DNA of 64,000 nucleotides from Tricharina praecox (Eukaryota): NCBI RefSeq assembly GCF_024521635.1, contig NW_026250406.1, positions 1,364,001 to 1,428,000 of the forward strand, read 5' to 3'. Shown piece by piece: positions 37,530 to 49,295 of this stretch (position 1 is its first letter; each line of letters starts with the position of its first letter). The notes under the pieces were generated by a model. It saw only the letters and a program-made list of their open reading frames with translations, ran no database searches and was not told where the DNA came from. The position numbers and the translations under genes were made by a program.

Positions 37530-39706
37530 ATGCCCGGCGCCGTCGAGATTCTACCGCCATCGCCGGCTCTGCGGGCATCCAAACTCCCCGATGCGCGCAT
37601 CCGCGACCACGCGATCCGGGTCGCGCCACTGCTCGACAACTTCCACGTGACATGGCTGGAAAAAGAGAAGGACCGCTGGGTCCAGGAGGGCTGGATCACG
37701 AAGGCGCACAAGGACGCGCTGGTCACCGGCGTGGGGTTTAGTACGTACTCTACCATCCTACCCACCGTGTTTCGCGTTCCCTCGGTGGATGTTTGCTGAC
37801 GGTGGTGGTGCGGGAAAAAGTCTCCTCCGTGAAAGGCATGGGCAGCAATCGCGGCAGCAAGCGGGATATCCAAGACGTGTACCTGATGCCGCCGGGGGCG
37901 ACCAAGCCGTCGCTCGTCGTTGAGGGCGGCGCCGCGCACGACGAGAAGGAAATGGTCAAGGACATGAAGAACTGGCTGAAGAAGGGCCAGAACCAGGTCA
38001 AGAAGGTTATCTTGATTATCTGGATCATGCTGCCTGGCGGCATCATGGGTGGCCGCATCGAGGTCTATGAAATGGACGAGAAGAAGAAAAATACGGTGCT
38101 GGTGGATGAGTGGGTATGTTGATGCCGTGCCGGAGGTGGCGAGCGCTGGATGGACCGTGTTAATGGCCGGGTGTCTGCAGATCTACGTACCGGAGGACCC
38201 AGATTCGGAGTCGCAGTCGGTGCGGTTGACGTTGGGGGAGCTGTACAGCACGAAAGCGGACCGGCTGCCCCCGCACGAGCGCGAGATCATCATCGACATG
38301 CAGATCGAGAAGTTGTGCGATGACGCGGTCGAGGCGATCGGGTCGTCGAACCTGCAGTGCGCCGACCCGGACGTGGGGCTGTGGCACTTCCAGAACCCGC
38401 AGCGGCTGCTCGCGAGCGAGAAAGATGGCCCTGGGGGCGGCAGCGGCAGAAGCATCAACTCACATAATACCAATGGCAGCTACAATACAACCATCGACAA
38501 CTCCAACCGTGCCGTGCAGAACTTTCATTTCTACCACTTTGTAAGCCTGCCCGCGAGCCGTGCTCTGTGTAGCCGAGCGAGCTGACTGACCTGACCTTCG
38601 CAGCCTACTTCCCCAACAGACTTCCTCACATACATGCACAACATGATGCAGAAGCTCCCGGCGTTCACCGCCGACTACCCAACCATGGAGGCGAAAGCGC
38701 GGAAATTCGCGAGCAACATCAACCCCGCGCTGCGCGACCTGCACCTCGCGCAGCCGGACACCTTCAACCTGACCAAAGTCGCGCTGTACGACGTGATCAT
38801 CCTCTGCGGTCCGTGTCCTCCCCCCGCCCCCCCCCCCCCCCGTCCCGCCCCACTGACCAAGCGCAGACGACAGCGGCTCCATGAACCTCGGCAACCGCAA
38901 CGCGCTGCTGGCAGAGACGATCGACCGGATCCTGCCGGTGGCGACTCGGCTGAACGAGGCCGGCGTCTCCCTGCGCTTCATCAACTACAATCAGGACCGC
39001 GAGTTCAACGACTTGACGTCGCAGCCGCAGGTGGCGAAGACGCTGCGTATGGTGTCGCCCGCGGGGACGACGCGGATCGGGACTGTGCTACGGCATAAAA
39101 TCGTTAAGCCCATACTCGCGAAGGCGAGGGCGAATACGCTGGTTTCGCCCGTGTTGGTGGTTATTGTTACGGATGGAGAGGTGAGCTGAGTTGAAGAGCG
39201 GTGGGGGTAGATAGGGGGCAGCAGCTAACGCCCCGCGTGACAGCCGTCGAGAGAACCACTCGACACCCTCAAAAACACTATCATCTCGTGCAAACACGAC
39301 CTCGACGAGATTACGAACGCGTCGGGCAGCGCGTACGGTCGCTCTTGTGCGTTTCTCCCCCCTCCCTTCCCTTCTTTCCCCACCTTTTACTGATTAGAAG
39401 GATAGCGGTGGTATTCCAACTATCGCACGTAGGCGACAACGCGGACGCGGAGCAGTTCGTGCACAGCCTGTCCGTAGACCCAGAGCTCGAGGGCATGGTC
39501 TACTGTAACCTCAAAAAGCTCGATGAGCAGCTCGCTAGTGGGTCGTCGGCGACGAAGAATCGTTCGGTATGTTGCACACTTACCTGGGAGGCGGTGAGGG
39601 AGGGGTGGGGGTGTAAGGGGGTTTATTGGAGATGTTGCAGGGGCTAATGAATGGGTGGGATGAACAGTTGCTGGAATTGTTGTCGGTTGCGATTAATAGG
39701 TCGTGA
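37530..39706 (+). CDS. PD-(D/E)XK/Uma2-like domain + Asn-rich amyloid-like linker + vWA domain protein (~561 aa)
   Basis: Exons 37530-37740, 37821-38113, 38181-38540, 38604-38808, 38867-39180, 39244-39346, 39406-39566 and 39668-39706, all GT..AG and frame-consistent. N-domain QDVYLMP..KPSLVVEGG..DMKNWL..VKKVILI. vWA MIDAS CDDSGSM, GTTRIG, VIVTDGEP, VFQLSHVG. Confidence 0.85.
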
Positions 39707-40240
39707 TCAGTGCGTGATGAGTGGATGCCGGAGGGGGAGGTTTGTCTGATTGGAGAGTGTATTATGCGTGATTAATGATCGACGACGACGATTGATGTTG
39801 ATGATGATTTATGATGATTTATGACGGTTTTGGGGAGGTTTATTGGCGTTGATTTTTTATTTCTTGGGAGGAGGGGGAATGGGGTTGACTGCGAGGCTAC
39901 GGGGCTACGAGGCTGCGAAGGGTGGTGACCTGCGAATGGGGCAGGTGCTCCCATGAGACGATCACCGCGGGATTGGACTTGGATCACGACAGCGTGCCGA
40001 GTGGCCGAGGAATATGAAGTCAGGCCGCACATGCGGGGAACGAGCCATTGGCCGGGCGCCATGGCGGGGATTCGGGAATGGATATGGCAGCCTCGGTGGG
40101 GAATGGATTATGGGCGTGGGTTGCGTGCTCGAGGCGTTTGGGTGGTGTTTACTGTTTTCTTGCTTTTCAGATGTACATACAATATTTATGAACGGCTATC
40201 ATTTCCGTGGACGTGCTGTTCTCCCGGGAAATGGGAGTCT

Positions 40241-40292
40241 ATCTCCATCTCCATCTCCATCTCCATCTCCATCTCCATCTCCATCTCCATCT
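40241..40292. repeat. (ATCTCC)n microsatellite
   Basis: About 8.5 perfect hexamer units. Confidence 0.9.
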
Positions 40293-40719
40293 CTGGCCGT
40301 GCAAACAGCCAGCGCGGTTGGGTTGTCGAGTCGAAGAACAGGATGCCTGCCGATCTCTTGCTGTTTACATCCTATAGGTGTTCAGCCAGTGGCCGTAGTA
40401 CCTGCCGCACAACGCAACCAACAGTTCAACTCCAATCGGGCAGATGCCAGATGGATCATTTGTCTGGAACCTGCAGGATTTGGGGGGTGCGGCTGAATGC
40501 GTGTTGTGGATGCACGAGAGCTGGTGGTGCGGATGCCGAATTTCGTCTGGTATTGAGGATGCTCTGGTACCGCGCGCGGCAGTTGGGAGAGGTGGTGCCG
40601 CGGATCGAAGCTGGAGAGCTGGTGTTGCAAACCGTGTAGGTGTTTGGTAGTTGCTGGTACCGTGGTGTTGGTAGGTACTGGGCTGGTGTCTTCGGTGTTC
40701 ACTGAGGTATGGCGAAGAG

Positions 40720-40897
40720 AGAAAAGTGGGGCGACAATGTGTCTACTAGGTGTTAACGTTCTGGTGAAGCCTATTACTCAGACGTATGGCTGAGTATACC
40801 GAAAACTGCCAAACTGAAATTCGGTGTCCCGGCCCGGTGGGGAACTGAATTTGGCTCGAAAACTGGAACTGAAAAGAGTGCCTATCCAACCGGGTCC
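40720..40897. mobile_element. Truncated 3' fragment of the Tourist/Harbinger-like MITE
   Basis: Matches 42140-42346 (GTTCTGGT.AAGCCTATTA.TCAGAC.TATGGCTGAGTA...GGAACTGAATTT...CTGGAACTGAAAA) with a decayed terminal repeat. Confidence 0.6.
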
Positions 40898-41925
40898 GAA
40901 ATGGCTCTTCGAAGTTGAAAGGGTATCATACAACCTCCGCTTCTTCATCATCTTTCACTTTTGCCGTCTTCCTTCCAGAACTACGCAAGAATGTGACTGC
41001 CACTCACCGGCTCGTCGATCAGTTCCCCCACGTTCCGGCTTCGGGGCCAGTCGTTGTATGTACCGGCTTGGAGGGAATCAAGATGCTCATCCGGTGTCCG
41101 AACTGGGAAAACAAACCCGCACACGTTTCGGCAATGTGAGCAGTCACCGGCGTGCGGACTAAATCCGAGGGCTCGCGACCGAGGGCACGCGACTGAGGGC
41201 GGCGCCACACCCACGGCGCGAGGGGTTGCCGACTCGTCACTCGTCGACCACCGGTCCACACCCCGACCCAAACGCGGAATCACGTTCGCTCGACGACCGA
41301 TCCCTGGCTGACTAGCGCCAGCGCACCCCGGTTAATCCGCCGACACGCTGATCTACTTACTAGTACCAAAGCGAACCCCGGACCGCCTAGCCAGATGCCT
41401 AGAGCCGGAGACGACGGAAATATCCTAGAAGCACATCCTGCGCCCTGGTAATGCAGGTTGCGATCGAACAGGGATAGCGAGGTACGTACTCTACATGGAT
41501 TAGAGGTTTCGCGGCGGGGTGAACTTTGAACTTTGAACTTTGAAGACGGCAGTCGCGGGGTCACTGGTCAGGCCATGCCAGGGTGGACTGTGGACAATGC
41601 AGCTTCTTCGCGTCGACGGTGGCGAGGAGCCTCCTACATCACCAACCCCGCCTACCTACTCTAATTAAGTATCCCCACGCCAATGAGTCCCCCGAATATA
41701 CCTAGAAAACATGTAGCCTAGACCTGTGCGGGTAGCCATCTTCGACTCTGGGGTCTGGAGAGTCGAGACTGGAGTACTCGTACATTGCGTGGAAGTTTAG
41801 ATATCAACCGGCTCGGCTTTGCACTTCTCGCAACGGCGATAGCAGATGTACTGACCGTACGCAATATCTTCAGCCTTCATTGGAGCCGAGAAGCCGAAGA
41901 GGCAGCGCTATGCGTGTACCCATTA

Positions 41926-42346
41926 GGGCCCGTTTGGATGGCCTCAGTTTTAGCGAAAACTGTCAGTTTTTCGAGAAACCGAGGAAACAAAACTGAGACC
42001 CCGTTTGAATGGCACAAAAACTTCAAAAAACCGAAACTGTGCGGCTCCAGCGACGGAACTGGTACTAACCTCGAGAGGTCATTTCTCTGCCGCCACTCAG
42101 TATCGCATTTTAACTTCAACCATGGACTCCCTTTACAGGGAAAGCGGGGCCACAATGTGTCCACTATTAAAGTTCTGGTAAAGCCTATTATTCAGACTTA
42201 TGGCTGAGTAATCTGAGAACTGCCAAACACGCTATTAATCTCACAGTTCTCCAGAAACTGAAACTGGACAGAATTCGGTGTCCAGTCCGGGAACTGAATT
42301 TCGCTCTAATACTGGAACTGAAAACTGAGGCCATTCAAACGGCCCC
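41926..42346. mobile_element. Tourist/PIF-Harbinger-like MITE (421 bp)
   Basis: TIRs GGGCCCGTTTGGATGGCCTCAGTTTT and AAAACTGAGGCCATTCAAACGGCCCC, flanked by TTA on both sides. Confidence 0.85.
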
Positions 42347-43649
42347 TTAGTAGGTGTTCTGACGTCGTTGGACTCGTGGAGATTTTGTTTTTTCGAAGTA
42401 TGATACGAGTATTCAGCCTAAATGGTAGAGACACTGTGACGACGTAATTCTCGCCAATCCCCCCGATAACGTACCGTAGTCTGTACCTATCACTGGCTCG
42501 GTGTATCATGTGCATAATCCCTTATCAACACGGCGGTCTTCATTGAAATTTGACTTTTGAACTATGTACTCGATACCAGACAATTGCAGGTTGCCTCGGA
42601 TATGGAGTGGTTGCTGGCTCGAGCTTTCGGACATGCACCCTGCGTCGCACGTACCCTGACATTAATTCAGCAGTGCCAGCCTTGGAGCTATGGCAGTATG
42701 ACTCCCCGTCGGATGTATTCACCACGTCCCAGTTACTAAATTACTTGCATTGTGCTTCTATAAGCGTCATGTATTGCACAGATGTAGATCTTGCGAGGCT
42801 TGCGTTCGTAGAGTTAGAGTAGCTGAGCGCGGTGATGCCTAACTATCGCCGACAATGCCGACAATTCCTAGTCGAACAATGTTTCGCAAGTGCGTGATTC
42901 CTCTGCGCTGCTACTGTGCCGATACGGTGGGAATACGCTGTCTAGATACTGGTACAGTGGCTGCGTGGCGTGTCCTGTCACTGGTTCGTTTAGAGCACAG
43001 ATGTGCTTTTAGAAGTCGGAAGTCCTACGGTCCTCCGGTCCTACTGAGTGTATGTACGGTAGTTTGCCAGCATATTGCTCGGAGTCCACTGCGGAGGTAG
43101 GGAAGTGGGGCAGCTGAGCTTCACGACACACTGACACGTTATGGTGATGTGTGTACCGGTTACCACGGATGGACTAGCTGCAGATGTTTCCTAATCATTC
43201 TGCCTTGTCGCCAGCCAACCCACCAGACTCTACTTTCTCTATGTAGCAGTGCGCTTCTAGAAGCCGTAATGCTTCCAGCTATTTACATACTAGCGCCCAT
43301 TAGCCTCCACCGTCCGCCGAGCATGCGTGCAGGGATAGTCAACCATTCCAAGCCATGACCACGCTACCAAGCTACCCATCAGCTACCCCGCAGTTCAAAC
43401 AACCAACGACGTGGACGTCGTTTGCACCACCCGTTCGCGACACTCACCTCGCTCTACTCCGGACGAAATGCAAACGAACGCGACAAGTCACGGATCAGAC
43501 GGTATCTACAGTCGACTACTGACCGGCGGAGGAGGGGGTGAGGGGAGGAGTGAGGGGCTGGGCAATGCGGGGAGAGGAATGAGGGACGAACAGGTACGGG
43601 GACGAGGTTGAGGGGAATAGGGATGGACTCTGGTGAGGGGATGAAGGGC

Positions 43650-43655
43650 TATAAG
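43650..43655 (+). promoter_or_regulatory. Putative TATA element of amyloid-like micro-protein gene A
   Basis: TATAAG about 200 bp upstream of the ATG, conserved in the duplicate at 46561-46566. Confidence 0.45.
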
Positions 43656-43855
43656 TCCGCCGATCATCCCCAAGGGAGAACGGATCCTCAGCCAGCAACT
43701 CGCAGTTCACAGTTCTCAGCCCTCAGTCCCCAACACTCTCCAGCCTAAACATCCTCCGCCGCCCAAACACCTCTCCAAACAACCGTACACACTCCCACCC
43801 ATCCATCTCCCCGCCGGTTTCCGTCCCACTGACAATCCCCAGACCCCAAGCAAAA

Positions 43856-44131
43856 ATGCCTTACACCACCGCGACCGTGCCCACCGGCAGCAACGTGAAG
43901 CAGCAAGCCGCGGGCCGCGACAACACCGAGACGGCCGACTCCAACAACACGGCCGCCAACCGCAGCAACAACACGCACACCTGGGGTAGCAACAACACCA
44001 CCAACTCCAACAACACCACCGACTCCCACAATGTCCACAACGACCACAGCACACATGACAACCACACCAAGAACACGCAGCTGCATAACACTGGCGCTGG
44101 CCACCAGACCTTCGGAGACGTTTCTTTCTAG
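43856..44131 (+). CDS. Asn/Thr/His-rich 91-aa micro-protein A, putative amyloid-motif protein
   Basis: Intact ORF with AAAATG context and C-biased third codon positions. A paralogue of identical length exists (64/91 identical by manual count). xSNNxx hexads and C-terminal HNTGAGHQTFGDVSF. Confidence 0.8.
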   Translation: MPYTTATVPTGSNVKQQAAGRDNTETADSNNTAANRSNNTHTWGSNNTTNSNNTTDSHNVHNDHSTHDNHTKNTQLHNTGAGHQTFGDVSF

Positions 44132-44755
44132 TTGTCTGTGGGGGTGGAGTTTGCGAGCAATGGTCATGTAGCGGAGTTGAGAAGACGCGAAAGACTTGAG
44201 ACTGAAGCTTGTGCCGTTCGTGCCGAGTGATCGTGACCGTGACTTAATGAAACTTCCCCAGAAGACTGCGTTTCTTTTCCAGTGATAGTGACCTTGACAC
44301 CATGAAGGCTCCCCAACCGACCGCTTTTCCACTCCATCTGTTTTACTTTGCCTACTGGCATCGATCGTAGCAGAATCCGACATTTCGAAATCCGAAGCCC
44401 AGTAATTGTACCCTACCAGCCCCACCAGACCCTGCCTGTATACCTACATTCGTCCCCAACACCTTAGGGCTCGGATGCCTGCGGCACACATGGTCTAGCG
44501 AGATTGTCGAACGGGCATTTCTGAGTACATACCGTAGCAAAGAGGTTTCCAGCAGGCATCCGAGCGAGGTGCAAAAGCCGCGGGCGGGCGTGGCAGGGAC
44601 TCTACATACTCTATATCTGCAGCCTGCAGGGAGCCGGAGCCATCGGAAACATCCTAGAAGCACATCCCCGGGGACCCTGGAAGATTGGCAATGCAGGTTG
44701 AGATCGAACAGGGATAGCGAGGTTAGAGTAGGACGTATATAGGACGATTGTTATG

Positions 44756-45285
44756 CAGGGCTGTCAACCGTCCGTCCGGACTACAGTCCATTAGTGGAAC
44801 GTAGTCCCGTCCCGTCTCGGACAGGCTTTCCAGAGGACTGATCCATTCCGTCCGGAGGATGAAATGCCCGGATACCCGCCAGGTACCTATAGGTACCTAA
44901 TAGCACTACCGTGCTATGCTGACTACTATTTTGCAGAGCAGTAGTACATAGCGCGGTGGCTACCATTAGAGTTTTCAGAGTCGTCAAACAGGTTCAGGGG
45001 ATAGACACGTGCTGGAAGTAGGAACGGGGGTGGTGTAAAGGTTCAATACCGTGAAAGACACTGTGAAATACAGCTGCACAGCAACACATCCGCACACCGG
45101 TGCCGCTGTGTGGCGCCACGCCGCTTGCATTGTCCCAGTGTTCCAGTCAATTCCGGGCCCTGTAAGGTATCCGTCCTCATTTCTCCAGCCCGGAAGACTA
45201 AAGTCCTTGGTCTCCTCAGCCCGACTAATTCCGTCCCGGGCCGGGCAACCTCAAAGATGGACTGGACGGACGCTTGACAGCCCTG
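44756..45285. mobile_element. hAT-type MITE, copy A (530 bp)
   Basis: TIRs CAGGGCTGTCAA...TTGACAGCCCTG with a perfect 8-bp TSD TTGTTATG. Confidence 0.92.
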
Positions 45286-46560
45286 TTGTTATGTAAGTAT
45301 TATGTAACTACAGGCCTCGTGGCGGGGTGGCGACAGCGACGGTGGAGTGAAGTTTGAACTTTGAAGGCAGAAATGGCGGGGTCATGCCATGCTATGCTAG
45401 GCTGGACAATTTATGTACAAGATGGTGGTGGTGGTGGTGGTGGTACTACGTACAGGCGAAGAGGCTTCGTCATCACAGTCCCCGCCTCTCCCCACGCCGA
45501 TGAGTCCCGGGAGTATTTCTAATACCGGCAGTGTAGACCTGCCCGGGCAGCTATCTTAGAGTATTTTCATATATTCCGTGCAAGTTTGGATGTCGACTGT
45601 CTTGGGTTTGCACTTCTCCAGAGTCGAGACGGCAATAGCATGGGCAGCAGCTTCAGCCTTCAGTTGAAACTTGAGGCCCTGAGGGGACAGCCGAGCAGCC
45701 GAAGAGGCATTGACATGTTCTACTCACGATGTCTTAGTTACTGGATATCTGCATTGTGCGTCTGTAAGCGGTTTGTATGTGGGTCTTGCGAGGCTTGATT
45801 TCGTAAAAGTGCAGGAGTGATACAGTACAGAGAGATACGCGGTCTAGGTACTAGTACAGTGGCCGCGTGTCATTTCCTGTCACCGGTTCCTATACAGTAC
45901 GGATGCGCGTTTACAAGTCGGATGTCCTACGGAGTCTACTGTAGCCATGGCGGATCATATCGCTCGGCGCTCACTGCGGGGTGAGGGGAGTGGAGCAGAT
46001 GAGCTTCACGACACAAAGCAGCCTGTGATCTTCAGGCTGAACAACCTCAAAGTATCTCCGCGATGTTGAAGTAAATTGTAATCATTTCTGCGGTGGTGAT
46101 AAATGTCTGAGGTCTCGCGTTGAGACCGACCGACGTGTTGTACAATACATAAACGTAGCAACAGAGGACGTTTCAACGTTGAGGCGACCGAATCGGGCCC
46201 GGCCCCCGAATCCCACAGCAGTTAGCAGTGCGCTTCTAGAAGCCGCAATCCTTCCAGCTATATACCATACTAGCTCGCATTGGCCTCCTCCCAACGCCGC
46301 GCGTGCATGCAGGGATAGTTAACCCCACCAAGCTACCAAGCTCCCAGCTACCCCGCAGTTCGAACAACCAACGACGTGGACGCCGTTTGCACCTCCCTCC
46401 ACTCTGGACGAGATGCAAACGAACGGGACAGCTCACGGACTCGGCAGTGCGACAGCCGACTACGGAAGCAGTGGCTGAAGGGAGGAGTGAGGGGATGAAC
46501 AGATGCGGGGACGAGATTGAGGGGAAACGAAAGAGGATGGAGAGGCGATGAGGGTGAGGG

Positions 46561-46566
46561 TATAAG
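46561..46566 (+). promoter_or_regulatory. Putative TATA element of amyloid-like micro-protein gene B
   Basis: TATAAG in conserved context (TATAAGTCCG.CGAT.ATCCCC) upstream of the ATG. Confidence 0.45.
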
Positions 46567-46766
46567 TCCGTCGATGATCCCCGAGGAAGAAGAGATCCTC
46601 AGCCAGCAACTCGCAGTTCACAGTCCTCAGTCTCCAAGCAACCAACACACTCCGCAGCCAAAACCACCTATTCAAACAACCGTAAGCACCCACACCCCCC
46701 TTCCATCTCCTCGCCGGTTGCAGTCCCACTGACATTGCCATTCCCTCCGCAGACCCCAAACCAAAC

Positions 46767-47042
46767 ATGCCCCAGACCACCGCCACCGCTCCCGCAGGCA
46801 GCAACGTCAAGCAGCAAGCTGCCGGCCGCGACAACACCGACACCGCCAACTCCAACAACTCGGCGCCCAACCAGAGCGGCAACACGCACACGTGGAGCAG
46901 CAACAACGTCACCGGCAGCAACAACCGGACCGACTCCAACGACAGACACGACGACTACAGCAAACACGACGACAACACCAAGAACACACAGCTGCACAAC
47001 ACCGGCGAAGGCTCGCAGAAGTTCGGAAACCTCAAGTTCTAG
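46767..47042 (+). CDS. Asn/Thr/Asp-rich 91-aa micro-protein B, putative amyloid-motif protein
   Basis: Intact paralogue of 43856-44131 with no indels; C-terminus HNTGEGSQKFGNLKF. Confidence 0.8.
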   Translation: MPQTTATAPAGSNVKQQAAGRDNTDTANSNNSAPNQSGNTHTWSSNNVTGSNNRTDSNDRHDDYSKHDDNTKNTQLHNTGEGSQKFGNLKF

Positions 47043-49295
47043 TTGTCCGTGCGGTGAGTGCGAAGGAATGGGTGCAATGCAGTTTCAGAAGAGAGGGGTC
47101 ATGTAGCGGAGGTGTGCGCACGCGAAAGACTCTGAGACTGAATCTTGTGCCGTTCTTTCCCGGTGATCGTGACCGTGACACAATGAATCTTCCCCAACTA
47201 ACTGTCTTTCCACTACGTGAGCTGTAAGGCTTTGCCTACACACTGGCATTGATCGTAGCAGTATTGTTATCCAACAGTCCGACATTATTCCGAAGCCCGG
47301 TCGTTGTGCCCCACCAGCCCCACCAGACCCTGTCTGCATGCATGATGATGCACTCGTCCCGCCAACACCCTGTGATAGAGACGGTGGATAAGATCATGGC
47401 GAGCGATAAGATAAGATAAGGTGGAAGGCTAGCCGGACTAGCCAGATCGGGTGGTTCCGAGCGTTGAAAGCAGCGGAGCAGCCATGTACTGTAAGATGGC
47501 CTTTGAAGTTGAACAGAACCTCAACTTCGCCATCATCCTTCGTTTCACCGTTCCCAGTGCGGGAGTACGTCAACACTCTGGACAGCACAGCACCCTACTA
47601 TACAGCGCTGTGAAGCCCCTCCTAGACCGCCGAACTGACGCACACGGCACTACGTACAGGTCTATCGTACTGGGTGTGAGGGCAAGTGCTGGCTCACCAG
47701 TTTTTCCCCCATACAACTTAGTCACAACCACTCACTCATTTAATTGTATCGAGTGCTTATAATTCGTAATGGTGGTGAGGCACCACTTATTGGCAGCTCC
47801 TGATACAGAGTTAGAGTACGCACACAGGCGAGTACGTTACTACCATCGTCAGGTGGCAGATGATCGCTGATCAGGTCGAAGCTAACGCAGCAGCATACCT
47901 ACTCTACATAGGTAGAAGAAACACGCCTACAACACGAGAATCTCGCCTGCACGATACTCCAGGAGTGTTCTGCGGCGATAGTATCCACCACCACCACCAT
48001 CACCGCGCATTACATAGAGCTCGTACGCACGGGGATCTACGATTACCGACATCGCGCTCTGTACTCTACATAGAGTAACGTTGAAGCAGTACGGTGGTTA
48101 GCTCCAGCGCCTCTGCATGGTGACGCTGGGACGCGGGGACGCGGGGACAAGCCACTAAAAAAATAGAGTTTTCAGGGCCGCAGAATCGTTTCTTTTCTTT
48201 TTCTTTTTCTTTTTCTTTTTCTTTTCTATTTTTAATTGATTTCATTTTTTGGCGAGGTGTTGCTATCGGTACTGCGGGGTGTTGTGAATCGTGATTGGTT
48301 GCGATGAGGTGGAGAAGGTGTCCCGCTTTGCGGCCGTGCGGGTGGGATTTACGGACGGATCCGGAGCGGTGATTCGAGGCGTCGGGGATCGCTGGGTAAG
48401 TATTTCCATCCGAGCAAGACAACGATCTCCATAACTAACACTCGTCCGTACGTAAAAAGAAGTACGTACCCTGCGACGTCACCCGTCCGGTGCAGCGTTT
48501 TCTTGCTTTGCAGACGTGTGGACCTCCGATTGCCCGCGCGGACGGGCCACTCCTCAAGCCTTCAACGGCAATTACCGGTATCATTATCACCGCTATATCA
48601 GGCAAATATCCCTCTCCATTTTTCAGCTGCGATCTTCAGTTCCTTCGCACCCGTCACCTCCGGCCGGCCAGCCTGACCTTCAGGACCCAGCTTCATGCAA
48701 TACCCGACGCAGATATGCAGAATATGCACCGTATCGCAGCGATACGGTATGTATCTTGGCCCTCCAATCAATTTGACATTCATGATTTGCGAGCCCCGCC
48801 TCCATTCGCCCCACGGGGTCTCGGAACAATATCGTCGGTCCCGCGGAGGACGTGCAAACGAGGACGTTTCGAGATGGTCCAATGGATCTCCTATATATAC
48901 TAGCCTTGTGCCTCTACTAAGGCGCGTACGAAACTCCGGCCTTCCGGGGGTGCAGCTAGGCAAACGGTCGATGGATCGATGGATCGGTTCTAGACCGAGG
49001 GAAACATCGTAACCAGATGAACATGAGGGTTGTATAATGCATCCTGCATCCTGCGACCTGCAGACCGCGGGGGCCAATGGGTGTGCAATACGTAGCACAG
49101 TACGAGATGCGGCTCAGAAGTGGGGTTCGTTTTCGTCACGGACGTTTGGTCTCGAGTGTTTTGTGCGGACAGAGGAATCGAAACATTAGGACTTGATCAG
49201 TGAGCTTTGCTCGAACGGAAACATCCATCCTCAATCTCCAGCTCTGCCACCACCAGCACCACCGAAACATCGCCCTCAGCCCCCCAGCGCCCACG

